NCBI GenBank assembly: GCA_031554075.1
Contig: JAVBKJ010000110.1
Location: forward strand, 1 to 36,082
DNA from: Oscillospiraceae bacterium
GTDB lineage: Bacteria; Bacillota; Clostridia; Oscillospirales; UBA929
Length of the DNA stretch: 36,082 nt
Direction: 5' to 3'
Below, piece after piece: positions 1-8,426 of this stretch. The position numbers and the translations under genes are program-made. The stretch's first letter is position 1, and every line of letters begins with the position of its first letter. The notes beneath the pieces were generated by a model, which had not been told where the DNA came from, searched no databases, and saw only the letters and a list, made by a program, of their open reading frames with translations.

Positions 1-51
1 GTCATTTATTCGCTCTAATTTCTCTACTAATTCAGAAAAATTCATTCCCAT
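1..51 (-). CDS. 5' end of an unidentified gene running off the left edge (visible: MGMNFSELVEKLERIND)
   Basis: In-frame ATGs at 51..49 and 45..43 follow a GGAG at 58..55. The frame stays open to position 1. Too short to identify. Confidence 0.25.
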   Translation of the reverse strand, partial: MGMNFSELVEKLERIND

Positions 52-123
52 CAGCTCCAAGTCAACATAATGTTATTCATTATATCAACTTACGCCACTT
101 ATTGCTACCTATTTTAACTTTTT

Positions 124-300
124 TCATGCGTTTGGCGTGCATTTCTTTGGTGATTGCTTCAATGTCCGCCGCATCATGGGGTAAAACTTATGCGAGGGTG
201 GGTCGAGTAGGCAGTCGGTAATAGGGCGTCCTGCCATAGCAGTAAGGACGCTCTCGAAGTCGCCGCGCTGCATTGGTAACAGTTTATCCAACGCCACCAC
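124..300 (-). CDS. possible small hypothetical protein (57-58 aa, GTG start), or the remnant of a longer gene
   Basis: The frame is open from 396 down to a TGA at 126..124 and has no ATG near its top. AAGGAG at 309..304 is followed by tandem GTGs at 300..298 and 297..295. It falls below the ORF-track length cutoff. I recognise no family. Confidence 0.3.
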   Translation of the reverse strand: MVALDKLLPMQRGDFESVLTAMAGRPITDCLLDPPSHKFYPMMRRTLKQSPKKCTPNA

Positions 301-538
301 TAACTCCTTTAGGTCGGCAGTCGGCAGTTTGGGGTATAGCGCGACACCTCTTTGTGTCTTTTGTTCGTCAATAAATTGCGCATAGCGCCTGCGCCCTCAG
401 AAAACAGGTATATGTATTTCGTTTGCATACTGAGTCTGTTTAATCATGATTACAAACGCTATCACAATCCCTATAAATTACACGATTATTTTGCGATTTT
501 TTGTGCAATAATTATAGCCCCGAGTAGAGCAAAAAGAC

Positions 539-566
539 TTGACAAAGTTGAAATATCTGATATACT
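539..566 (+). promoter_or_regulatory. sigma-A type promoter for tRNA-Val
   Basis: TTGACA at 539-544, a 16-nt spacer, then TATACT at 561-566. It lies about 18 nt upstream of the mature tRNA 5' end. Confidence 0.6.
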
Positions 567-583
567 TTTACGAGTGAGAACTT

Positions 584-659
584 GGACGATTAGCTCAGCT
601 GGTAGAGCATCCGCTTGACGTGCGGAGGGTCAGCGGTTCGATCCCGTTATCGTCCACCA
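584..659 (+). tRNA. tRNA-Val, anticodon GAC, with encoded CCA
   Basis: A 76-nt cloverleaf. The acceptor stem pairs GGACGAT with ATCGTCC. D arm is GCTC/GAGC. The anticodon stem TCCGC/GCGGA carries loop TTGACGT. T arm is AGCGG-TTCGATC-CCGTT, followed by discriminator A and CCA. Confidence 0.95.
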
Positions 660-667
660 TATATAAA

Positions 668-704
668 CCCCCTAGAGCCTTTAATTGGTTCTAGGGGGTT
701 TTGT
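668..704 (+). terminator. intrinsic terminator after tRNA-Val
   Basis: CCCCCTAGA (668-676) pairs with TCTAGGGGG (690-698), followed by TTTT. Confidence 0.8.
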
Positions 705-923
705 TGCGCTAAATATTGAAAAGTGCCCTAATGTCCAACATAGTTATGCCGATTGTCTACATTGTTTAAGTTATCTGTTCTTATGGACAGTTTGACACAT
801 TCATACCCCCACATGAGGGACGACATGCTGATGGCAGTACTGACCCCATTTTTGTTATTTGAATTCTCGCTCTGCGCTCGATTACAAACCTACTTAAATA
901 AACTGGAAACGAGCAAAAGTTGA

Positions 924-1133
924 TGCCGTTCCCCACTCTTGCGAGAGTGCCGCCCATGCTTTGGCATGGGTACGATGCCTCATTGCTTGCCACAGGCAAC
1001 CAATACGCCATCTATCGGGCTTCTGCGGAATCCCGAACTGCTTCGGGGTGTTGTCCATCTATTTTCCCTCTTGCCTTTGGCAGTCGTGAAAATTTGCCTA
1101 AAGGCAACCGCCGACACCCCTTGGGGAACGGCA
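924..1133. ncRNA. candidate structured RNA of unknown class; the GC-rich block spans about 780-1160
   Basis: An 11-bp long-range helix pairs 924-934 (TGCCGTTCCCC) with 1123-1133 (GGGGAACGGCA). It encloses local hairpins at 935-948, 953-970, 987-999, 1030-1049 and 1094-1107. The only ORFs here overlap each other on both strands and give junk-like translations. The strand is unresolved; one U.G wobble at 1031/1048 weakly favours plus. Confidence 0.4.
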
Positions 1134-1730
1134 GAAAGGTTGGATGGGTGTGACAAGTGATAATTGGCGAATTAGGTAGTGAATTTGAAAGATTAATTAG
1201 TGTTCACATGAATTGGGTGGCTTGATGCATGGTTCATACAATAGGTAAAAATGCGACGACAAGTAAATGAATAAATTTGTGTCATTAGCAAGTCAAACTC
1301 TATACGTGAAAATTAATTGTATCACCAACGGTTTCTTCTTCCCTTCGGAATAATTTTCCCATAGCGCGTACGAGGAGTTTTTGCATTTTTTGTCAGTCCC
1401 GAAAGTAAACAAAGCGGCAGTAAAATCAAGAATGCAACTACAAACAACATGTTTTCCACCAAATTTTCTATAAATTTTAATTAATTAACTTGCCCCTATT
1501 GTAACAGTTAATTTTAAGATTGTAAAGCAGAATATAAACTTTTAGCTAACATCGTTTTTAGTAAAAAATGCAGTCAAAAATGCAATTCCGAAAAACAGTA
1601 ACTATCCTTTATAAACCTCGTATATCGAAGTATACGAGCAGTCCTTAGCCTAGTCTTTTTGACTTGGCATCTTTTGTCCAATCAATTATAAATGCACCAC
1701 CTCTAATCTATCATAATGAGAGGTGATTAC

Positions 1731-2207
1731 ATGCCTTTCAACTTGCGAAGCCCAACCGAGCTTACTTTACTCCTTCTCTTAGCCAAGTCAGAGGGACGGT
1801 TACAACGTAAATATTTCCCAACTAAACAACTTTTTTATAAAATGAGAAACGAGAATTTCATTAAGGCTGACAAGTTTGGCTTCAAAATTACAGAAAAGTT
1901 TAAAAAAGACTACATTTCAAGCATTGACAAGACTGCAACGTTTTCAAGCACTGGTAGCCCCACCCATGAAAAAGGAATCGTTGGGTTTCTAAAAGTTTTG
2001 CCGCCGCCTGCCCTTGCGTCCGTTGCCCCTGCCGCCACGCTTGCAGTAGAACACAAGGTACATCAATCTACAGGCGAATACAAAGCCGCAGTAGCAACAA
2101 TTCAGCAAGGGTTGGTACAACAACGGCAGACACCAGTGCGCATCTTTGCCGAACACCAACCCGTCACGTCGATTATTAAGGCGATACGCGCCTACACGAA
2201 GCACTAA
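1731..2207 (+). CDS. hypothetical protein (158 aa from the ATG at 1731)
   Basis: GAGAGGTG at 1718-1725 lies 5 nt before the ATG at 1731, so the track start at 1716 is less likely. The ORF ends 17 nt before a strong hairpin. I recognise no family. The N-terminal half is AT-rich and the C-terminal half is GC-rich and Ala/Pro/Gln-rich. Confidence 0.5.
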   Translation: MPFNLRSPTELTLLLLLAKSEGRLQRKYFPTKQLFYKMRNENFIKADKFGFKITEKFKKDYISSIDKTATFSSTGSPTHEKGIVGFLKVLPPPALASVAPAATLAVEHKVHQSTGEYKAAVATIQQGLVQQRQTPVRIFAEHQPVTSIIKAIRAYTKH

Positions 2208-2223
2208 ACATTCACACATAACA

Positions 2224-2258
2224 CAGCCGCCGTATCTCGTTTTGAGATACGGCGGCTG
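2224..2258. terminator. bidirectional terminator between the 1731-2207 ORF (+) and the MCP gene (-)
   Basis: A perfect 15-bp stem pairs CAGCCGCCGTATCTC with GAGATACGGCGGCTG around a 5-nt loop. It sits between two convergent stop codons. Confidence 0.8.
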
Positions 2259-2276
2259 TTCATTGTGCAAGACGTA

Positions 2277-4322
2277 TTAGTATTTACCGTGACCGCTTGG
2301 CAACTTCGGTTGTGCGCTACCAAGACGTTTTGGTCCCTCTTCGACTTTGAATTGAGACACCAAGCCTTCCAGTGTAGCACTTTGGCTGTTCATGGCGTCA
2401 CTGGCGGAGGCAGTTTCCTCAGATGTCGCGCTGTTTTGTTGAATCACAGAGGACACTTGGTTAATGCCCTCATTAATTTGCTCAATGGATTTCGATTGTT
2501 CGCTCGAGGAGGCGGCAATTTCGCCCACGATTTCGGTGCTCTTATTAATACCCTCGACGATTTCAGTTAGGGAGCTGGCGGTCTCCATCGCAATCCGTTC
2601 GCCAAGCTCTGACTTTTCCATCGAGTTTGCAATGAGGGTGCTGGTTTCCTTGGCGGCATTGGCAGACTTCGCGGCAAGATTCCGCACCTCTTCAGCAACG
2701 ACGGCAAATCCTTTACCATGCTGGCCTGCACGGGCGGCCTCTACCGCGGCGTTTAGCGCAAGGATATTCGTTTGGAACGCGATGTCGTCTATAACCTTAA
2801 TAACCTTGTTAATAGACAAGGAGGCTTCGCCGATTTGCTTGACAGCCTGCACCATTTGGGTCATCTGTGAGCTACCTTTTTCGGCACTAACTTTAATATC
2901 CCTGGCAAGCTTGGCGGCACGATTTGCCATATCGGCATTGTCATGCGTTTTTTCAGCCACAACAGACATCGTGGAGCTCAGCTGTTCCACCGCAGCGGCT
3001 TGCTCTGTGGAGCTTTGCGCTAAGGATTGTGAGCCTTGCTGTAGCTGTTTCGCGCCTGCGGCAACTTGGCTAGAGCTTTCGCCAATTTGCGTGACCAAGT
3101 CTTGAATGTTGTCAACCACTTGGTTGATAGCGATGCTGAGGATATCCTCTGAGGATTTTGGCGTTACCTTCACAGTGAAGTCACCTTCTGCCATGTGGCG
3201 CAGGGCGCTCACTTGCTCTTGGGTGCTCACAATGAGTTTGTTAAAATCTTCAGTCAAAACGCCTAAATCGTCGTCAGTTGTAATGTTAAGGCGTTCGGCA
3301 GGTGCGCCGATTGCTAGCTGTTTGGCTGTAACAATAATCGCTGAAATAGGCTTTAAGGGGCGAATCAATAAGAATTGTGTGGCAAACCAGATAAGCACAA
3401 TCGCCACAACGATAATCACACCGTACATAATTAATGTGGCAGAGCTGTTCTGACGTGCTGCCAATTCCGCAACGGAAACAGCCACACCGAACGTCCAGCT
3501 TGAACCTTGAAGCGGAACAGTAACAATGTACTTTTCAACGCCGTCATAATCAGTAGCCTTGACCATTTTAACGCCTGATGTTGTGTTTTCTTGTACCACT
3601 TCTTTCACAGTAACACCAAGGCTATCATACGACGTAATAATCCCTTTATCACCCTCGGCGCGTGGTCTAAAGGCTTCATTCTCGTGGGTGATAATCATAC
3701 CCTTGCTGTCCAGCAAAAAGGCGCGTGCGTTTGTGTCTTGGATAGTAAAGTTATTGCAAATGTCCATGAGTGCATCCAAGCGCATGTCGTAGGACGCGAC
3801 ACCTAGGACAGTACCCTGCGCATCGACAACCTTTTTGCTGATGGCGGCATACATAATTTTATCGCTTAAAGACAAGTAAGGGTCAAGATAATTTACTGTT
3901 GTTTTGCTGATGGCACCTTGATACCAAGGACGAGAGGTGGGGTCATAGTCAGCGCTAGGAATCCAACCAGAGGAGTCAATATACCGTTTGTCTGCATAGC
4001 CAAAGTACGCTGCCGCCAACGAGGGGTAGAGAGTATGTACATTTTCTAAGTAAGCCAGTAACTTTGCACTATCCTCCACGCCAACACTTGCAACAGCCGC
4101 GGCGTTTGTTTGTAGGCTAGATTCCAGTTTGTCCAAAAAGCCTTTGGCATCCTTGGCGGAAAGGTCAGTTGCTAACACAACAGAGTCTTCGGTGGCAGAC
4201 CAAAACGAACTATTCGAGGACACCTGTGACGCGACTACTGCAACCAGCAGAATAAATAGTGCGATGAGCAGGACACGAAGTGTAAGCTTTTTTTGCAGGC
4301 TTTTTACTTTTTTCTGACCCAT
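2277..4322 (-). CDS. methyl-accepting chemotaxis protein (TM, dCache-like sensor, TM, HAMP, MA signalling domain)
   Basis: Contains the conserved signalling hairpin [34 protein letters not shown] and the Cache-type motif DPTSRPWY. I chose the start at MGQKKVK (4322) because GGGGAGAG lies just upstream. The track start is 4355. Confidence 0.9.
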   Translation of the reverse strand: MGQKKVKSLQKKLTLRVLLIALFILLVAVVASQVSSNSSFWSATEDSVVLATDLSAKDAKGFLDKLESSLQTNAAAVASVGVEDSAKLLAYLENVHTLYPSLAAAYFGYADKRYIDSSGWIPSADYDPTSRPWYQGAISKTTVNYLDPYLSLSDKIMYAAISKKVVDAQGTVLGVASYDMRLDALMDICNNFTIQDTNARAFLLDSKGMIITHENEAFRPRAEGDKGIITSYDSLGVTVKEVVQENTTSGVKMVKATDYDGVEKYIVTVPLQGSSWTFGVAVSVAELAARQNSSATLIMYGVIIVVAIVLIWFATQFLLIRPLKPISAIIVTAKQLAIGAPAERLNITTDDDLGVLTEDFNKLIVSTQEQVSALRHMAEGDFTVKVTPKSSEDILSIAINQVVDNIQDLVTQIGESSSQVAAGAKQLQQGSQSLAQSSTEQAAAVEQLSSTMSVVAEKTHDNADMANRAAKLARDIKVSAEKGSSQMTQMVQAVKQIGEASLSINKVIKVIDDIAFQTNILALNAAVEAARAGQHGKGFAVVAEEVRNLAAKSANAAKETSTLIANSMEKSELGERIAMETASSLTEIVEGINKSTEIVGEIAASSSEQSKSIEQINEGINQVSSVIQQNSATSEETASASDAMNSQSATLEGLVSQFKVEEGPKRLGSAQPKLPSGHGKY

Positions 4323-4464
4323 GGTACACTCTCCCCTTTTATGTTTATGTGTCATCGAGGCAATCGCTGCGGCAAGAAAAGCACCGCTTACCTATCGAGT
4401 GCAAAGTCAAAATTTACGATTTTTTGTTATTATCAGTTAGGCATTTTAAGGAAAAAACTGTCGC

Positions 4465-4513
4465 AAATTGTCACATTGTGAATCCATATGGTTTATTTAC
4501 ATTGTGACAATTT
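4465..4513. promoter_or_regulatory. 49-bp near-perfect palindrome upstream of the MCP gene; candidate operator
   Basis: The arm AAATTGTCACATTGTGAAT (4465-4483) and the arm at 4495-4513 are reverse complements at 17 of 19 positions. They flank CCATATGG. TCACA/TGTGA pentamers are embedded. Confidence 0.4.
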
Positions 4514-4607
4514 TACCAGATAATAGCAAAATATTGCAATTGTTTTGCACTGGCACTAAAATGATTTTACAGCTAAATTGAACAAATGTCAATATATTTA
4601 CACAAAC

Positions 4608-4652
4608 TTACGAGGTGTAATCTGTGATTATTTCACAAATTACACCTCGTAA
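4608..4652 (-). terminator. intrinsic terminator of hcp
   Basis: A 14-bp stem pairs TTACGAGGTGTAAT (4608-4621) with ATTACACCTCGTAA (4639-4652). An inner TGTGA/TCACA pairing extends it. On the minus strand it is followed by GTTTGTGT. It lies 30 nt after the hcp stop. Confidence 0.65.
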
Positions 4653-4681
4653 TATGGCGTTTCGCTATATTCGGGGCGTGG

Positions 4682-6313
4682 TTACTTGGCGGCTAGGATA
4701 TGCTCCAAATCTTCTTGTGCTGTGGCAATATGCTTTAGCTTAAAGTTATCAACCAACAGCTGTAACACATTCGGGCTCACAAACGCGGGTAGCGTTGGTC
4801 CGAGGTACACATTTTGTACATTCAGGTGCAATAGCGCCAGCAACACAGCAACCGCTTTTTGCTCGTACCATGATATAATCATCGAAAGCGGCAAGTCATT
4901 TACCGTGCAGTCAAAGGCATCCGCCAAGGCAAGGGCAATTTTCACCGCAGAGAATGCGTCGTTACACTGACCGACATCAAGCAGACGCGGCAACCCTGCC
5001 ACAGTGCCAAACTCTAAATCGTTAAAGCGATACTTGCCACAGGCAAGTGTTAGGATAATGCAATCCTGCGGCACAGCTTTGGCAAATTCTGAGTAGTAGT
5101 TACGACCCGGGCGTGCGCCGTCGCAACCACCAATAAGGAAAAATCGCTTAATCTGGCCTGCTTTAACAGCGCCAACAATCGCTTCTGCATGAGAAAGAAC
5201 CGCTTTGTGTCCAAATCCGACCGTGATTTCCTTGCGTGGCTCATCCTCTGGGAATCCGCCCAACGACAAGGCTTTTTCGATAATCACTGTGAAATCCTTG
5301 CGTCCATCTGCTTGTCTGGGCACATGCTGCAATCCCTTATGGCTGACGACACTGGTGGTATAGATTCTATCCTTGTAGGAATCTTGTGGGGTCATCAGGC
5401 AGTTTGTCGTCATCAGGATGCAACCAGGCAGGTTGTCAAATTCCTTTTGTTGGTTTTGCCATGCCGTGCCGAAGTTGCCCACAAGATGGGGGAACGCGCG
5501 CAATTTTTCGTAACCATGGGAGGGTAGCATTTCACCATGGGTGTACACATTAATACCCTTGCCTGCTGTTTGCTCTAGCAACATTTCAAGGTCGTATAGG
5601 TCATGTCCCGACACGACGATAAATGGTCCTTTGAGCTTGCGTGTGTTGACAGCGTGTGGCATCGGTGTCGCAAAATGCTCATTATTCGCAGTATCTAGCA
5701 CAGCCATAACAGCGACCGCTTTGTTGCCTGTTTCCAGCATGAGCGGCACGAGCGTATCAAGGCTTAGGGTGTCCTTTGCAATGTCCGCCAGACACGTTAC
5801 ATAGAAGTTGTCCACTGCCACATCGTTATAGTCAATCGCACGTGCTTGGTGACCATACGCGGCGATACCTTTTAGCCCATAGACAATCGTCTCACGGACA
5901 GAACGGACGTCGGCATCCATGGTTTGGTCAAACATAATGCCAGCACGCTCTGCGTCGCCTTCTGTGGTGTCCTTGTTAAAATTAAACGTCGCGTACTCGC
6001 TTGTGAGCGTCGCTCCAGTTTTCTTGCGCAGGGCCTCTTTCAACACTTGTGACTGCTCCAAGAGTGCGATGTGCGATGCCTCGTCGAAGTTGACATTTGT
6101 GAGGGTTGTAAATAACGCATCCTCAATAAAAACAACTACATCCGTTGGGGCATCCTGTCCTTTTTGAATTAGTTCATTGGCATACAACGCCAACCCCTTG
6201 CATTGATAAATCAGCAAATCCTGTAATCCTGCCACGGTATGGGTTTTGCCGCAAACACCTTGCTTTGTGCACCCCTTGCCGCCAGCGGTCTGTTCACATT
6301 GATAACAAAACAT
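4682..6313 (-). CDS. hcp: hydroxylamine reductase / hybrid-cluster protein
   Basis: N-terminal MFCYQCEQTAGGKGCTKQGVCGK is the Hcp cysteine motif. Length is 543 aa. GAGGAGGT lies 7 nt upstream of the ATG. Confidence 0.95.
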   Translation of the reverse strand: MFCYQCEQTAGGKGCTKQGVCGKTHTVAGLQDLLIYQCKGLALYANELIQKGQDAPTDVVVFIEDALFTTLTNVNFDEASHIALLEQSQVLKEALRKKTGATLTSEYATFNFNKDTTEGDAERAGIMFDQTMDADVRSVRETIVYGLKGIAAYGHQARAIDYNDVAVDNFYVTCLADIAKDTLSLDTLVPLMLETGNKAVAVMAVLDTANNEHFATPMPHAVNTRKLKGPFIVVSGHDLYDLEMLLEQTAGKGINVYTHGEMLPSHGYEKLRAFPHLVGNFGTAWQNQQKEFDNLPGCILMTTNCLMTPQDSYKDRIYTTSVVSHKGLQHVPRQADGRKDFTVIIEKALSLGGFPEDEPRKEITVGFGHKAVLSHAEAIVGAVKAGQIKRFFLIGGCDGARPGRNYYSEFAKAVPQDCIILTLACGKYRFNDLEFGTVAGLPRLLDVGQCNDAFSAVKIALALADAFDCTVNDLPLSMIISWYEQKAVAVLLALLHLNVQNVYLGPTLPAFVSPNVLQLLVDNFKLKHIATAQEDLEHILAAK

Positions 6314-6389
6314 AGTAAATACCTCCTCATTCCATTATAGTATAATAGTTTTTACAAAAACTATGTACTCAGAGTATACATCGTCCGAC

Positions 6390-6425
6390 GCGCAATGTCT
6401 GTTGCAATTGCAACAGACATTGCGC
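6390..6425. promoter_or_regulatory. 36-bp perfect palindrome in the hcp / DUF3810 divergent promoter region; candidate operator
   Basis: GCGCAATGTCTGTTGCAA|TTGCAACAGACATTGCGC has 18-nt arms and no spacer. It lies 77-112 nt upstream of the hcp ATG. Confidence 0.45.
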
Positions 6426-6543
6426 CAACATAAAACTTTTTGAGAGAACGTCCAATAAATAACAGTATCTATATTGCACAATGTATGCTACACTATGGGT
6501 ATATTTTTGAGCATTGTTGACCTAATGTTGATGAGGTGATGCG

Positions 6544-7632
6544 ATGAAACGACGTATTGGGGCAGTGATTGCGGTTTGGGTTGCCGCCATAATTCCGTTT
6601 TTCTGGGCGGCACGCGGGTCTGTCGATTTTTCAGACAGGTATGCCTCCGCTAGCAGAAGCTTTAACGCAGTTTTATCTCGTGTGACAGGGCTTGTGCCGT
6701 TTAGTGTTGGCGAATTTGGCGTGTACGCGGTCATACTCGCCTTTGCGGTGGGATGGGGCATTCTACTCTACCGATTGCGTCATGAGCTTTCTCCTGCCAA
6801 GCGAATCGGGCGCGGTCTTTTAGCGACCGCATTTGCCGCAGGCATACTGGTCTGTACTTTTGTCTGGTTTTGGGGGTTGCATTACGTCTGCCCACCTCTT
6901 AGCCAACAGTTGGGGCTATCGCCCGCCCCGCAAACCGTGCAATCCTTAACCCAAGCGGCGACAATTTATCGCGACGAGCTAAATGAACTCTGTTTGACAG
7001 TGCCGCGCACGCCAGAGGGGACAATGGCGGCAGGTGACTTTCAAACCACCGCTCGTAAGGTGCAAGAAAGCTATGACACCCTGTCAGCCACCTACCCCTT
7101 TATTGTAACAGGTGGCGCACCACCCAAACGTATCACCGCGTGGTTTATTCAATCCTATACAGGTATTTCAGGCGTTTACATACCATGGACAGCGGAGGCG
7201 TGCGTGAATCCCGATACGCCCTGGCCCACACTTCCCGCCACGATGGCGCATGAATTAGCGCACCGTCAGGGCGCGGCGGCAGAGGACGAAGCAAATTTTT
7301 TCGGTATTCTCGCCTGTGAGGCCTCGTCTGACGAATCCGTCCGCTATAGCGGCGCGTTTCTCGCCTTTTTGTACACCGCGAACGCGCTTGCGCCGCATGA
7401 CCCTGCGGCACATAGTGCGCTGTGGGAAGGGTTACAGCCCGAAGTAGTGGCAGATATGCGTGGTCTGGTGGCGCACAACGCAAAGTATGAAGGACCAATC
7501 GCAGCGGCGGGCAATGCGGTTAATGACACCTATCTTAAAGTGATGTTGCAGGAAGACGGCGTTAACAGCTATGGACGTGTTGTGGATTTATTGCTTGCCA
7601 AGCTAATCGCAGACAAACGGATTGTTGGCTAA
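6544..7632 (+). CDS. DUF3810-like membrane protein with an HEXXH metalloprotease motif
   Basis: N-terminal TM segments; the MAHELAHRQG motif followed by EDEANFFGILAC and RYSG. GAGGTGA precedes the ATG. Confidence 0.7.
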   Translation: MKRRIGAVIAVWVAAIIPFFWAARGSVDFSDRYASASRSFNAVLSRVTGLVPFSVGEFGVYAVILAFAVGWGILLYRLRHELSPAKRIGRGLLATAFAAGILVCTFVWFWGLHYVCPPLSQQLGLSPAPQTVQSLTQAATIYRDELNELCLTVPRTPEGTMAAGDFQTTARKVQESYDTLSATYPFIVTGGAPPKRITAWFIQSYTGISGVYIPWTAEACVNPDTPWPTLPATMAHELAHRQGAAAEDEANFFGILACEASSDESVRYSGAFLAFLYTANALAPHDPAAHSALWEGLQPEVVADMRGLVAHNAKYEGPIAAAGNAVNDTYLKVMLQEDGVNSYGRVVDLLLAKLIADKRIVG

Positions 7633-7816
7633 GTTTACATCACCGCACTGTCGATTGTGTCGCGTATGAAATGACGCACTGCCGCCAATACTACACCTAC
7701 ATAGAGTCGCATGATTTCTCAGCTGTGGCACTGCCGCAAGACTTGGCAACGCCGCGTCCTAACGAATGTTGGTATGTTTAGGGAGAAATCCTATTACGTC
7801 GCGTGGAGGGTTTGTC

Positions 7817-8266
7817 ATGAAAATGACTAATGTAGAATACGGTAAGTTTGCGCAGGCGCAGTCGCCTGCGTCACCACTAGGTCGCAATATGCTGTGGGCG
7901 TTTGCTGTTGGCGGCTTGATTTGCACCATCGGGCAAGGGCTAAACAGCCTGTATATGGCATGGGGGCTTACCTCGGAGGCGGCCAGCATGGCTGTGCCGA
8001 TTACGCTTGTATTTGTTGGTGCGTTCCTAACAGGGATTCATCTGTTTGATGATATTGCAAAATTTGCAGGTGCGGGTACGCTTGTGCCCATCACAGGCTT
8101 TGCCAACGCTATGGTGTCGCCTGCGATGGAGTTTAAGAGCGAGGGTCTCGTCATGGGGCTGAGTGCGCGTATGTTTAGCATCGCAGGGCCTGTACTCGTG
8201 TTTGGCATTTCCACCTCGGTGTTGTACGGGCTTGTGTTAGTGCTGCTGCAAGCACTGAAACGCTAA
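7817..8266 (+). CDS. spoVAC: stage V sporulation protein AC
   Basis: AFAVGGLICTIGQG, VPITGFANAM and KSEGLVMG match B. subtilis SpoVAC. Length is about 149 aa from MKMTN. GGAGGG lies 6 nt upstream of 7817. The track start is 7766. Confidence 0.85.
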   Translation: MKMTNVEYGKFAQAQSPASPLGRNMLWAFAVGGLICTIGQGLNSLYMAWGLTSEAASMAVPITLVFVGAFLTGIHLFDDIAKFAGAGTLVPITGFANAMVSPAMEFKSEGLVMGLSARMFSIAGPVLVFGISTSVLYGLVLVLLQALKR

Positions 8267-8298
8267 CCTTTTTGTGCATTGCGTTTCTGCCTAACTCT

Positions 8299-8340
8299 AT
8301 GGTATAATGGTCATACTTTGACTGTTATACCATTTTTTTA
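8299..8340 (+). terminator. intrinsic terminator after spoVAC
   Basis: ATGGTATAA (8299-8307) pairs with TTATACCAT (8325-8333), followed by a T7 run. The left arm also contains an extended -10-like TGGTATAAT that could serve the next gene. Confidence 0.5.
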
Positions 8341-8426
8341 TGGCAGTGCTGTTGTTCTTAGCTGTCAACATGGATAGCAGACGGATTTTCCGCAAGATGC
8401 AAACACTATATACGAAGGAGACATGC

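Noticed and set aside
352-618. 88-aa plus-strand ORF (TTG start)
   Set aside because: It runs through the tRNA-Val promoter and into the tRNA itself. Its translation is low-complexity and it has no SD. I treat it as spurious.
781-1160. Three overlapping ORFs (781-1011 minus, 920-1153 plus, 939-1160 plus)
   Set aside because: They mutually overlap on both strands, have no SD, and give Cys/Gly/Pro/Arg-rich junk translations. The region is better explained as structured non-coding sequence.
1205-1225. T-box-like AATTGGGTGG string
   Set aside because: It only partly resembles the T-box consensus (..GGGTGGTACCGCG). There is no specifier-loop architecture, no terminator/antiterminator pair and no aminoacyl-tRNA synthetase gene downstream.
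2464-3453. Plus-strand ORFs of 213 aa and 115 aa inside the MCP gene
   Set aside because: They are antisense shadow ORFs of a confidently identified gene. Their Ser/Ala/Cys-rich translations have no recognisable motifs.
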